64,000 nucleotides of DNA from Ramazzottius varieornatus. Its lineage: Eukaryota > Animalia > Tardigrada. The notes beneath the pieces are model-generated. The model was not told the origin of the DNA. It worked only from the letters and a program-made list of their open reading frames with translations, and made no database searches. Both the position numbers and the translations under genes were made by a program. Numbering within the stretch: position 1 is the stretch's first letter; each line of letters starts with the position of its first letter. Positions 1 through 12,525 of this stretch are shown here, in pieces. The stretch is from assembly GCA_001949185.1 (NCBI GenBank), contig BDGG01000005.1, forward strand, positions 3,015,972-3,079,971, written 5' to 3'.

Positions 1-850
1 GATCTGGCAGAAAAGCCAAAACAAACCGACCAATTTGAAAGCTGTGCTGATCATTTGCTGGTAACGCCAATGTTTACCAGCAAATCTACAGAACTGATCG
101 CCAAATGTAAGCGGCAAAAACCCGGCGCATTGTAGCGTCAACCACTGAGGAAGAAATATTGCCGAAATGTCGTCCGCCATCACATAACACATAAACTGAA
201 AGGCTTTGAAGCAGCACAGACGCTCGCACGGGTTGTCACGTTTCTGCTTATCCACGACGAGGACATCTGAAGCAATAAATAGGCGATGTTGGTGGAACCC
301 GATTATCAGTCGACAATGGTGCCCCACCAGACCGGAGCTAGACACAATGGTCGCTGACAGATCTAAAAGCATTTATCCCGGAAGTTTACACAGCGCGCAA
401 GTGCTGCTTTCAGGTGGCGATGCACTTCCAGCTATACCAAAGACAGGTTAATGGAGGCGACACCTTCTGAATGACACTGATGCTTCACTGTATGGTTGTT
501 AACTCAACTTATCGCTCCTAAGACTAGTGGTAATTAGGGAACAAATACAAAAATGACTGGCATATGGAAGCTTATATATCGGCAAACTCCCGTAAGAGCA
601 TCATACTGTATGAGAAGAGCACTAAAAAAAGAGCTTGCCGGCAAACCGGCATGTACAAACGCATGGTCAAACGAGCAACGTACAAGCCATCAAAGACGTA
701 ACGATAAAAGTACAACAACGAAGGAAGGTGGAAAGCGCGAACAACAAATAAGCCAGCTTGACTCCCAATTCAAATCCACAGCTCTCCGTGCATATTGTCG
801 CGGTCCAGACCCAACCAACCACTGACTGGTTTATCAAATCACTTCGGGTA

Positions 851-1046
851 CATGCAGGACGAGACATTATGGTGCAGTAAAAATTGTGGTACAGGCGTTC
901 TCGCTACGGCGGTACGGGAGCACGTACGTACGCGACCGATTCACATCAATCCATTTTTCGACACTTCTCTACGGCTGAATTTCCATTTCGACGTCCTTTC
1001 CGCCTGTCCCATAATTTTACTGTACCATTATTTCTCGTCTTGCGTG
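851..1046. mobile_element. pogo-like (TA-flanked) MITE, family A, degenerate copy
   Basis: Imperfect TIRs (ta|catgcaggacgagacattatggtgcagtaaaa ... ttttactgtaccattatttctcgtcttgcgtg). Core 'tcgctacggcggtacgg..gcacgtacgtacg' is shared with copies at 10003 and 61952. Confidence 0.7.
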
Positions 1047-1712
1047 CACAAGACAACGTCTGAGACTTATCTTTGTGTATGACACGGTGCGTAGCACTAG
1101 ACTTCTCCGATGAAAAGTTTAGCTTCTGGGAGGTATGGAAAATGGAAAGCGCGAGGTGTTGTTACAGTTGTTTTTTTCGCAAGATACTTTGTTGTAAAGT
1201 AGTCTACTGTAAAAAGTCAGGCTCAAAAGTAGGGCCCTCATGCAAAAACGCTTCCAGTACACAGAAAAATATTGCTATATGGTGTCATCCGTCAAGATTT
1301 TACAAAGTATCGAACAGGGTAAACAAAGCTACGACGGAAGATGGAAGTCCATTGGCTTGAACAGCGGTCAAAGTATGTATGCCAAGAACATCAACGCCAG
1401 TTATATTAATGCTTAATTTCCATTTACTGTGTTATTCGGTAAGATTGTGTTGGGATGCTAGTTCCACCACCTTGCGAGATGTGAAGCTGCTAGAAAATGC
1501 TCGTGCTCTTTCATGATGAGCTCTTTCACCAGTACGCGCTGACTACGATAACGAGGGTATATGCCTGAAAAAACGAATACAGTGCACGCACGAAGAGAAA
1601 ATTAAATATGGTCCAGTAAAAAGTATGGACCGAGCCTTTTTCGCAGAGCGTGGAGCTCTGCAACAAATGTCCTAAACTATCGAAGTCTGGTAGCCGAGTA
1701 ATGTCGCGTACG

Positions 1713-2128
1713 TACGCGCACCTGGCCTATTCACCGGCTTAGACAAAATTTCCAGCCACCCGCCGAAAGCGGCATGTGCCAGCAAAACTAACCAATCAAT
1801 CAAAGCGCTGCCGCTTTCGGCCGGTGGCCGGATACAGTCCAGTCGCTCGAAATCCGTACCAAATTTTTGCATCTCAGTTCAGAGCCCGCCATACATTCAC
1901 TATGCAGCATGCCATGCTAAATGCCAAAACTACATAACACGAGCACTACACCCTGCCTTAACTGGTGTAATCAACAAATCAACTGGGAGATGACCGACTG
2001 TCTGATCATGGTCAGCAGTGTGGTAACTTTGAAGGAATTTCACGTTTTAGAAATGCAAAAATTTGGTACGGATTTTGAACGACCGGACTCTAGTTTTTCC
2101 GGGCCGGTTATTAAGTCAGGCACGCGTA
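1713..2128. mobile_element. foldback/MITE-like element with long imperfect inverted arms
   Basis: tacgcgcacctggcctattcaccggc at 1713 mirrors gccggttattaagtcaggcacgcgta ending at 2128. Inner arms (~1838-1873 and ~2052-2090) are near-perfect reverse complements; both read MQKFGTDFER in the ORF track. Confidence 0.6.
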
Positions 2129-4162
2129 CCACTGACCTTTCCCAGAACTACGAAGAGGTGTATGGCAAACCCTATGCGCATGCCGTAGAGCGCGAACACC
2201 AGAGCCGGAAATGCGTGCGAAAGCAGGTTGTTTTCAATCCAGCCCTCTGCCTGGAAACGATTGACTATCACAGCCGTGAAACCAAGCAGGGCCGCGGGAT
2301 CACAACGGTAAACGATAGACAGTATTAGGACAAGAAGTGCAGCAGAGAATGCCAAAATTTCAGCATTTCCATGTAGAGCTTTTGCCAGACCAGCACTTTC
2401 TGGTTGAGTGCATAGATCGACTTGACTATGCCCTGCGTCAATGCACTCAGTTGCTCTTTCCTCTCATGATGGAGGGTCTTCATGGCGGTGGCCACAAGAG
2501 AAGCTGACAAGATCTCTTATTCTAGTGTCCGGTGCAGTGTGCTGGGACCTGGGTACAACAAGTTCCGCTGAGCGCTGTGCATCCGGGAGTTGCAAAGCCC
2601 TGGATGCTGCTGAAAGCCCGCGTCTGATGCAGTTGTCTGCCTCCTCGGACTGCCTGTAAGCGGAAGCCGTACGTTGACAGCTTAGGGAACTGATTTGCTG
2701 GTTCAATTGGAAGATGAAGTGAACCCATAGTCCGACCTCTGTCCGCTGTTTGAAAAATATCTCGGGAGTGCCGAGCCTGTTTTGTCCATGCCCATAATTA
2801 GACAAAGCACGTGTACGTATATGGCGGATATAACGTTGTTGCTTCTGGGCAACATTTCCACTGTTGACATCGTCGATATCTCCAGTGATGGCCCTTACGA
2901 TTTCTTTTCAGCAGTCGAATATTCGAACTATGGCCACGACTTGGGGAGCCGCGCCGAACCGTTACTGCACTTCCTGCTGTAGCGTAGCCCGACCAGACAA
3001 CCTGGAAGCGCCAGAAGTTTGAACGTTCGAGTGCCAAAAAGAATAGAAATTGTTTGGGCTACCTGTGAGGGTCGGAAGTACTGTTCTGAGTGCCGCTGTC
3101 ATTGGCCATGGAACGATGTGTTTTGAGTGCAGGCGGAAAACGCAACTGCTTTGCCAGCACGCTCTTGGTCCTTACTGGTCACTTCCTTCAACAACAGACT
3201 TATCGATATTGCCAGAGTAAACGTCTGTCAAACAAAGCGTACCAGTACACCAACATGAAGGCGTAAAAATGAATCGACCCATTTGCGCGTAAAGCTTTGA
3301 GCTCTGGCAAACTTCATTATGGATAATATTGCGGTTTTTGAGAGCCGGACGATCAGCTTCCGACAAAGGTGACCACGAGTGACGCTTAATTTATCATGCA
3401 CAACCATCGCCCACTCGGTTTTCTATTAATAGAATAGCCATCCCATGCGGATGTTACAGCCTTCCGCTGCCAGGGTGTCGAAATTCAATCAGTTTTCTTT
3501 AATCGTATATACTTATACGACGCCCATTAACACTTAGGAGACCAAGGGGGTACCCCGGTTGCCTGGCGCGCCCCAAAAGCCTTGCAGAATGGCTTCTGTT
3601 GAACCTTTTCGTCTCGAATTTTCGCGTTTGCTTTCAGAAGCTTTTTCGCTTCCAGTTAGAAAAGACGTGAACTGGCTAGCAGCTTTCTGAAAATTTCGAG
3701 AGAATATATCGTTTTTGACCAGCTTTTGTCTTCAGTTGACAGACCAAACTTTTTACTTAAGAGCTGGCTGACGAAAAGCCTCTTTAAAAATCGGACAGAG
3801 AGCTAGTACATTGGTACCGTCTTAGAAGCTTCAGTATGTTCCATGCTGCGTGACCAGTGGTCACAGCAAAAATGAAAAGGTCTGGCACTTTGGTTCACTT
3901 AGTGGCGCATTTTACTCGAAAAATGCGAAGCGTACATGTGGTTATTGGTCCCATCTAACCCCACCCCATGATTTCAGCCAGTTAAAAACTAGGGAAGGTG
4001 ATCTACCCCCCTTGTACTCCCAGAGCACGGAATTGCGTGGTCTTTTAAGTGTTAACCATTGCCGTTGTTTAGAGACGAACAGCTTTCGGCGCGGACAGCC
4101 ATTCCACGGGAATAGTACGACACCCCAGTTGAATGCCACTTTGCAGCAGTCTAAGTAATAGA

Positions 4163-5707
4163 ATGTCAATATTACGCACAAGAGCGGATAAGGCACCCGC
4201 AAAAACATTGCCAGCACCTCATGCTCAGCCGCACACTAAAACCGAGGAAGACGAAGACATTGGCAACGTCGTGACCTTGACCTCGGCCATCCGAACGTTC
4301 GATACTTACGATGACTACCTGGACAGCCAGCTGACCGAGGAGGACTTATTCTACTTTGGAGACCATCGCTTGGCCCAGACTATCCTTGAACAAGGCTTCG
4401 ATCGCAATCGTGAAAAGTTCACTCGAAGAAAGTTTAATCAGGCTAAAGAAGCAGCAGAACACCGCATCCAAGCTATCGAAGCCGCTCGAGTCGCTGGTGT
4501 GAAGTCGGTTAAAGCTGAGGATGCTGGGCTGAGAGAACTAGCAAGGAGAAAGTACGAGAACGAAAGCGGAAGGTTGGCCACCATTATATTCTTACGAACC
4601 CGCAATACTAAAGGTCAAGAAATATCTGCATACATTGACTTTGCACATCGTTTGACAGTCGACCCTGAAAGATGGCGGGATATCATATCAGGTAAAACAC
4701 GGCTTGAACCCGAAGAGACCGATCTGAGTTTCTACAACTGGAGCACTCGTGCTTCGTTTCTGAACGATTCTTTAAACTTTACCGTGAGCGTGGGAAAAGA
4801 CTGCAAAGTGAAATTCAAACACAAGAAAGACCATCAAAGCGTGCGCGTTAGTCGGTTTGTCCCTAGCAAGAACAACAGCTTTGAAACGCCCGAAAGTGGT
4901 CGAACGAAAATCCAGTCGAAAACATACGCCCAAGTGACGTTGTTCGATCACTGGGTGCGTTTTTGGAGCACGTCGGATGAGTACGATGGACGACCCTTAT
5001 CGAGGCTATGTGATGAAGTATTGCTGAATGATAACGTCGATCTACCTGGCGCGGTGGGTGCCGCTTTGGTTGAAGAGGACTTGCTGCAAATAGCCAGGAA
5101 CGCACTGGGGATATTGCCTTCGAAGAGGAAACAGAGTGTATGGGAAACTCGAGAGGCTATGGATCAACAGACAACATCCGGGTTACAAATCCTGCAGTCA
5201 TCCGTGGCTGATACATTGAATTTGCTTTATGATATGGAAGTGCACGATCAGCGGAATGCCATCTTGGGGACTTTTGACTACCGACAGCTAACTGCGCAGT
5301 TTGAGAAACTGTTACCGGCGAGGTTCCGGAACTGGACGCATGGGCCGAAGCTGGACCAACCCGCGCAAGATGGTCGGACGTCTTTCGAACATGAGATGAA
5401 TGCAGCGAAAGAGAGGAAGAAGAAAGAGGAGACACTGAGTTTCGATCCGACACCGTATTTATCGATCATTCGTCGTTTGGCACCGAGGACGATGTCGGAG
5501 GACATACCGGAACTTGGTGAGCAAGAGTCAAACCATACATTGCAAAGTCCGCTGACTGATGCAACGGAAAGTTTGCTGACTGCTATCAAAAAGAGCCCGG
5601 TAACAGGTGAGCTGGACACGGAACCACCGATACTACAGAGGGAAGTGCGGAGAGCCAGCGGAGTATTACGCACACATTTATTTACAAGACGGAATACGGA
5701 AGGATAA
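4163..5707 (+). CDS. CFAP299: CFAP299 (C4orf22/DUF4464)-like cilia/flagella protein with long C-terminal extension, intronless
   Basis: Motifs FDTYDDYLDSQLTEEDLFY, LATIIFLRTRNTKGQEISAYIDFAHRL, DLSFYNW and QVTLFDH. Single open frame; start may be 4133 or 4163. Confidence 0.85.
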   Translation: MSILRTRADKAPAKTLPAPHAQPHTKTEEDEDIGNVVTLTSAIRTFDTYDDYLDSQLTEEDLFYFGDHRLAQTILEQGFDRNREKFTRRKFNQAKEAAEHRIQAIEAARVAGVKSVKAEDAGLRELARRKYENESGRLATIIFLRTRNTKGQEISAYIDFAHRLTVDPERWRDIISGKTRLEPEETDLSFYNWSTRASFLNDSLNFTVSVGKDCKVKFKHKKDHQSVRVSRFVPSKNNSFETPESGRTKIQSKTYAQVTLFDHWVRFWSTSDEYDGRPLSRLCDEVLLNDNVDLPGAVGAALVEEDLLQIARNALGILPSKRKQSVWETREAMDQQTTSGLQILQSSVADTLNLLYDMEVHDQRNAILGTFDYRQLTAQFEKLLPARFRNWTHGPKLDQPAQDGRTSFEHEMNAAKERKKKEETLSFDPTPYLSIIRRLAPRTMSEDIPELGEQESNHTLQSPLTDATESLLTAIKKSPVTGELDTEPPILQREVRRASGVLRTHLFTRRNTEG

Positions 5708-5771
5708 CTGCCGTAAAAACTGTAGTGAATATGTGCCGGAAGCAAGTACATGTCGAAAAGCGCTCCACAAT

Positions 5772-6607
5772 CTACGAAGCAGCTGATGGTTCTAGGTGAT
5801 GTTTCTTGGAGTGGTGTCCGTGTTTGTTTTTGTGGTGGGCAGGAGACGCACATGGATCGACCGGTGGCGGACACACGCATACTTTGGGTTTTGGTGGCAT
5901 GGTGTTTCGTAGAGACAGCGCTAGCATTTTACGGGCGATTTCTTGCAGGGCTTTTGGCGAGCTGGCGGTGGTGTTTGGGTCGAACTTGACCTGGGCTTGT
6001 AGGTCCGCCTCGGTCTCACGTTTAACGTTCCCGCCGTACTCGAGCAGCCCCAGACGCTTCAGGACAACGTCGTCCAACTGATAGGACTGGATTTCCTGCA
6101 GTACACGATCTTTAAGGTTGTCACCGGCGAGGTACTCTGCGCGAGCAAACACAATTATTTAATACAGAAAAGTATCTCGTAAGCTGCCTGTCGGAAAGTG
6201 ATTCTCAACAGAGCGAAATTTTACCTACCTATCACGAACCGCATAGCGTCTTCCGGCTGATGCTTGACTGTTGCTCTGTAGAACGAACACGCTAATGAGG
6301 TCAAACGTTCGCGTGTGCAGTTCAGAAAATTGTGTAGAAAAAAACGTGTGTGGACTTGCAATTGCCGAATGCAACATTCGACCGAGCTACGGCACAATCT
6401 CGATGTAAGTTTGCATTACGCTGTGACCGCCATGATGATGTAGTCGACTTCCGGATGTACGCGCAGATATTTTTCGTCGTCGGCAGTCATGTCGAGAATA
6501 ATTCGAGCCATCTTGATTTTTTGCCGATCGAACAGTGTGTCCGTTTTCCAGTGCTCATGGCTCTTGACGGCGCAGGTCTGCCGGGTTTCTTCCATTTTGT
6601 CCATCAT
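5772..6607 (-). CDS. RIIAD1: RIIa dimerisation/docking domain protein (RIIAD1-like), 3 exons: 6607-6420, 6275-6229, 6136-5772
   Basis: GT-AG splicing gives DEKYLRVHPEVDYIIMAVTAATVKHQPEDAMRFVIEYLA, matching the RIIa D/D pattern YLxxHxEVxxxI...P.d...F...Y. Confidence 0.65.
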
Positions 6608-8117
6608 TATGTCAAATTAGGACCTTCAAGATATTAGGAGTGTTACTGGTATGATCTACTTTTGCATAGAATAGTATCATTCGCCATTGTTGCCGGGGAA
6701 GTCGGGAATTCGTTAGTACGGCAAGTTATGCCAAAGGTTTTGTAAAAACTCACTGTTTGGCCGAATCGTGGAATTTCGTCGACTTCGAAATACGTACCAA
6801 CGGCGACAGCGACTGGCGAAACTTTTCCTTTTCGGATAGAAAAATCATAGCGTAAACCGGCGACAGAAGGTTCTACGGTAAATGTGCAGTCCGTGGCAGC
6901 CAGTTTGAGGTTCCTAGGTCAAAAACTGGCTTCTTCTGACCTCATGTTTTCACTTCTTTGAAAATTTTCCTCATTAATGAAGCTCTCTGGCAGCGTTTAA
7001 CTACTAGTGAGATTGGAGAACTAGCATGGCTTCGAAGAGAGGTGGGAAAGTCCCATAACCGTTTTCCTGTTGGGCGTGAAAACATGCGCGCCACTTGATC
7101 GGGGGACATCATCGCTTCTCGTCTTCACAATTTCATATCCAGGTTTGTTTTGATTTTCCGCCCAAATGTTTTTTTTCAGAACAAGTACTAAAGCATCTTG
7201 TTTTAGACCAGCTTCACCTAAGTGTCGTCAGTTTGACGGTTGCTGAGTTGATATCACTACGTCGCGAATACTCACAGACTGCAGCGAGTAGGCCTTCTGA
7301 AGGCCTACTCATAATAACTAATGGCTAACTCAACAACCGTTCCTACAGCCGGCTGACTGAATAACCTCTCCCTCGTATGGAAAATGTGAAGAACTGAGCG
7401 GGAAACACGAAAACTGATTTTTCGCAGTGCTTTGTTTCAGGTGGTAGTCACTTGGCCCCCAGGCTGTATAACATTTCGTCGTTTTGGAGGTTGCCAGTCC
7501 TTCACTTGGATTCTTTCTGTACTTTCCATGTCTACTGTACATTTGGTTTCATTTGTGCTACAGTGTTTTGTCCCACTTCAGACGTCAAGTGGCGGTACAT
7601 GTTGGTGGGCCTTGGACTGGGTCTTTTCTTACAGTACTATTATACTGGACAATGGCACGGCATCCTTGGGCCGAGACTTCCTGGCCTCAGGTATCTCATC
7701 GCCCACAGGGCCACACACTGCAATGTGCAGTGTACTGTTTATGTAGTTGAAGCCCTGCGGATCTCTGATAATAATTATTATTGATCGTCCACCGAGCAGC
7801 GCAGGCAAAGACCTCTTTCTCTTAACCGCTCCACATCACGATCGACGTAAAAGTTTGTGAGCGTTCACTCGACATCACTTTCTTCGGTAAATAAACGCTA
7901 ACATGATTCATCAGGTCTGTCTGACTGAAGCTCGATGTCGATCACTCCGTAAAGCCAGCGTCTTCCAAATCCTCATCCGCAAGGTTTGCCTCAGTGCGTA
8001 CTCCATTGATCGGACTTCCCACTTCCTGATGCTTCGGTAAATTCCTTCGTATGCCCACCTCGTCATTTTTCGGCCATTTCTTCATTCACGCTAATTCGTT
8101 TAGAGTATAATAAAACC

Positions 8118-8804
8118 ATGGCCCTTGAAAGTCATATCTGTAACGGACATCCTCCTCCCGCTGCTGGCTTCTCCGATCTACCTCTAGAAGTACTCGACAT
8201 TATTTTCCGTCCTTTATCATTCACCGATAAGCGCCGCTTCCGACAAGTCTCCCCCGCATGGAAGAGTGCGCTGGACCATGGTCGCCACTACCGACATGTG
8301 GAAATTCCGGCCTCGGATGTTCCTGCACCGACAGACACCAGAATCGGATCCTTCCAGAACAGCCTGAAATCTGTGGCGCCTTTCGTCGAACGGATGACCA
8401 TAGTGAGCCAGCGGAGAAATAATTTTTCCGAGCCTATGGCCAAAGGAACTCTTCATCTAGTATCGGAGACCGAAATCAATTTGGATTCTCTCTTTGCCAT
8501 CAAAGACATTTTTCCTCAATTGACGCAGCTGGATTTTGACGGGGGATGTTCGAGGTTTACAACGTTGGCCTTGTTCCTACCACGATCGATAACGCAAGTG
8601 CGTTTCAAGGACTTCGACTTTGTCGACCGGTTGATGGAGCCACTATCGCTGGGCTGCATTCCGTGCGCGTACTACAATGTTCACGTGCGCGGAAGCTACA
8701 CCATGAACGTTCCCGAAAACGATGATAAGGGCCGAAATGGTCTGAAGAAGGAACTCCTGGAAGTCGCGCGAAAATTTTACCGCCCGGTCATGTACACGAT
8801 GTAG
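8118..8804 (+). CDS. F-box domain protein, intronless
   Basis: N-terminal FSDLPLEVLDIIFRPLSFTDKRRFRQVSPAWK F-box motif; good start context (aaaccATGg). Confidence 0.8.
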   Translation: MALESHICNGHPPPAAGFSDLPLEVLDIIFRPLSFTDKRRFRQVSPAWKSALDHGRHYRHVEIPASDVPAPTDTRIGSFQNSLKSVAPFVERMTIVSQRRNNFSEPMAKGTLHLVSETEINLDSLFAIKDIFPQLTQLDFDGGCSRFTTLALFLPRSITQVRFKDFDFVDRLMEPLSLGCIPCAYYNVHVRGSYTMNVPENDDKGRNGLKKELLEVARKFYRPVMYTM

Positions 8805-9805
8805 CGACCTGATGTACAACAGGGATAGCTTTCCGTGTTCGCTTTCTGTTGGAATCGAGTTGACTATCGTATTTACTACTCAGTCGAGAAATTGTGGATA
8901 TCTATGCATGCTGACTTCTTTCCCTCTTCACATTTGCGCGATATAGTGGAGAAGCTCTTTGTTGTAAGTAAACAATAGTATATAAATTCGTTAAACTGGT
9001 CATGCTCGTAAAAGGACAACATTCAGCTAAATTTGGGCGCTCTCATCTGAGCCAGGGAGTCGCTTCAGTTCGCATGCTGTAGATACTGTAGAATTGCCGA
9101 ATTAGCCGCGACTGAATCGAAGTTGTCAGCGTCGCACTGAAAGGCAGAAGTTTTCATGGTCACTGGCCAGGAAACAGCATTTCCTGCCGGTAGGACAGGT
9201 TGCATCGTTGGTTGACTTGGGAGAACATGTGCGGTCGCAGGAGGTCCTGGCTGCGCTGCCGCTGTCCGGACATTTCCCGGGACGGTTTCGGACTGTTGAA
9301 TTTGATAACAGCGAACGATGATTAATGATCAGCTGGACACGTGTCTTCTGATTGTTATTCTGTTGTCGTTGACAGTGGCCTTACCGTTACACTGAGGTTT
9401 GAAGGTGCAAAGAGTTCCGTTGTTGGGACACTGGTCAGGCACAGTTACACAGTGTGAACCCGGTTTGCACGGATTATGTTCTCGACAAGCGTCTGCAGAA
9501 CAATAATATTCAACACTTTCAGCACGATCGTTTCATGTTTGCAGGATACTACCGTCCTCTTTGTGTATACAGGAATTTTGTTGGCTGGTACCGTGTCGCG
9601 GAGGCTGATCCAACCAATAGGCAATTTCCGGTGCATGTGCTTACCTATTGTTGTGACGGGTGTCGCAGAGCAAATTGCAAGATGTCTACAGAATATCTGG
9701 TCGCAGTAATAGTCCGTAATTGCAGAACAGATCTTCCCGTTGGGACACTTCACGTTCTGCAAATACAAGTCAAACGTACAGTACCTTCAACGAAATTCTG
9801 GAACT

Positions 9806-10188
9806 ACAGCCCAAGTATGCAGGAGAATTATAGGCCAGTCAAATATTATGGGTCAGGCCTTTTCGCTACGCCGGTAAGGAAGCATGCCCTTTTCAACACC
9901 TTTCCACGGTTGAATTTTCATTTTGCAGTCGTCTCCGTCTGGCCCATAATTTCCACTGGCCAATAATTTATCTTCGTGCGTGTCGAAAGAGTAAGATGAT
10001 GTCACGCACGATGGAAAATTATGGGGCCAGTAAAAATTATGGGACAGTCCTTTTTGCTACGGCGGTACGGAAGCACGTTCGTACGTGACCGATTCATAGT
10101 GATGCACTCTTCGACACTTTTCCATTTTGCCGTCTTTTCCGCCTGGTTCCATAATTTTTACTGGCCCCATAATTTACCGTCGTGCGTG
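9806..10188. mobile_element. two adjacent family A MITEs (~9806-9982 degenerate; 10003-10188)
   Basis: cacgcacgatggaaaattatggggccagtaaaaattatgg ... ccataatttttactggccccataatttaccgtcgtgcgtg|ta. Confidence 0.75.
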
Positions 10189-10456
10189 TACAGTACGAGG
10201 ATGAGGTCTGAACTTACAACGCATGGGTCCGCCGTAATGAAGGGAGCAGGTTTACAGCTCTCTGTAAAGCGGATCCAGCATCAAGAATCATTCTCAACAA
10301 TCACGAGTTCTACTTCAAACCGCCAAATTCGACTTACCGGCTGAGTAGATCAGACCGCAAAAAACAACCACGCAGAAGATTGAGTTCATTTTAGAGGATC
10401 GCGGAGAATAAATTAGGAAAAGCTTTCACAAGGTATCAGGTAAGATTGACACGTGT

Positions 10457-10564
10457 ACCCGGAATCACTTCAGCAGCGGCACTTTCTGCTACTACCGTAT
10501 TTTATCGTAAAATATCTACTCTTGCCAAAGTTTCCGATCGGCTCAACTTGATGTTTCCGGGTAC
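10457..10564. repeat. small MITE-like inverted repeat
   Basis: gtacccggaatca ... tgtttccgggtac termini. Confidence 0.4.
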
Positions 10565-11520
10565 GTAGTGCCTGCAGTCATGTTATAACAATACGTAAGC
10601 ATAAAATTATACGCTGCTACATTTTGACGTCTTAGCACCGAGGCACAAAGGCTTGCTGACTTATTTAGTTGTTTGGTCACAGGCAGCAGAAATATGGCGC
10701 TAAGGAACTACAACATCTGGTACACATACCTGATGCGTTCCATATCGCCGACGTATACCAGTTCGTACACTTCGTCCTATGGTTTCTTCTTGGAAAAACT
10801 GTCCTGGTTCCGCTATAGCATGTGTCAGTGTTAGCGTAACAAGCTGGTCCTCGATAACGAACACAGGGTGCCAATCATGTAACTTAGCCGCGTGTTCGAG
10901 TTTTTTGAATAGTGATCCCATGGATCTTCAGAGTGCTCCGTCGAAAGAGAGGTACACAAAGAAAGTGTACGGGTACTTTCGGGCGAATTCCGACAATTGC
11001 GTTTCCGTTGCGGAACCCTGCTGCCAGCCTTCGCTTCGCCTTCGAAATTAACGAGAATTCAGTGGCACCAAATTGCACAGTTTACTCCTAAGAATTTAAT
11101 GAGAAATTGTATTCCCAAATTCGCAAGGGACCTTCGAATGCTAGTCCGCAAACAAAATGCTGACACCTGAAGCCCGCATTCGGGACCGGCTGGATATGTA
11201 CACAGTACCATATTTTATCCGCAACAATGGTCACCGGTCCTTCGAGCGTGGGAGAGAACTGAGACTCCCAAAACAAGCAAACAGCCTAGACGTGCCACTG
11301 AAACAAGGGTGGTATTGACCTTTGGGGTTTCTTGGCTTTCTTTGCGAGGTTTGACAGTTTTTGGCGTTTCTGTAGATAATCAGCTTTTTCCCCAGTCTTG
11401 ATCGAAAGGACCTGCCCAAATGCGTGTTTAGCTCGAGTTGGCAGGCCTTTCAGTTCATCAGTTCTGAATAATGATGAATAGCGATGAGTGGTCACCGATC
11501 AGTGATGAACAGACTTACAA

Positions 11521-11915
11521 TCGAGCTCTGGGCCGCAGGTCCAAAAGTACGCTGTAACTGTGCTACGCACATTACCAGGGCGCTGTACGCTGCGCTGTGC
11601 TGCACAACTTTCATGCCCAGTGGCTAAGCAGCTGTGCTGCAGATGCACGTTGACCTGGTGCAACTGCGCGGAACGCCGATGTATCGACGTGGTTTGTAAT
11701 TCAGTCAGCGAAATCGGTAGTCAACCTGGAGAACATTGCCTTAAAGTACGGCAAAGCTGAGACAACCGACGTTCGAATGCCCAAAAACTGTAATTTTGTT
11801 AGGTTTCGGTAGGTGCATCTGCGCGGTAGTCTATGGATCTCTGCTGTATGCTGTGCTGTGCCGGACAAATTTCGTCAGTTCACGCAATGTAACTGTGCTG
11901 CAGCACAGCACAGCT
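11521..11915. repeat. degenerate hAT-like MITE rich in (ctgca/tgcag)n subterminal repeats
   Basis: gctgcagtgcagtgcagtgca tract and a ...gctcta end, resembling the intact element at 16066-16467. Confidence 0.35.
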
Positions 11916-12525
11916 GCAGTGCAGTGCAGTGCATGCGGCCAGATACCGTGCTCTAACTTACAATCACATCAGGACTAAGGCCGGGAATGCCGGGAATATT
12001 CCCACCCAAGCGATTCCAGAATCACAGTATCGGGAAAATCCCGCCCAAACACGAGGACCGGGAACGTCTGCCTGGGAAGACCGGGAACGCTGATCGTGGT
12101 GGGAATTACAATTATTACCAGTAACAAAAATAAAAATATAAGGCGGAACATGAGTCGATCCACCGACGTCCAGTTCTCGACAATGTCTTTCTGGTACAAC
12201 GTTAGCGTTTTTTGCTGTGACAAGCATGTTTCCGTTTTTGTATTGATTCATGTTGGGTCGCGTGGCACTCTGGCCTCTTACTGGCCCTACTCAGAATTCA
12301 GATTTATCTAAATCAGGCTTATTTAGTTGGATCTTGATTTAGCGAAATCCACCAATCAGACAGCCAATTTACGACCTGAATTCTGAGTGCCGAAATAACG
12401 GCTAATTCACGGTAGCGATTCAATGACGTAGATTCCAAGGTGACGTCACCGAGAATGCATCTCGAATTTCCAGCTGTGACAAAGTTTAGTTTTCTGTTTC
12501 TCGCTCACTTACTAGCAGTTCGACC

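Noticed and set aside
1-3500. Many short ORFs in the first 3.5 kb
   Set aside because: No recognisable domain or consistent splice model; probably decayed transposon or gene remnants.
7432-7784. Three overlapping hydrophobic ORFs after a tttcag acceptor
   Set aside because: Could be a small membrane-protein exon, but I could not establish the frame, start or homology.
10677-11495. Protein-like minus-strand ORF fragments
   Set aside because: Broken frames and no identifiable family.
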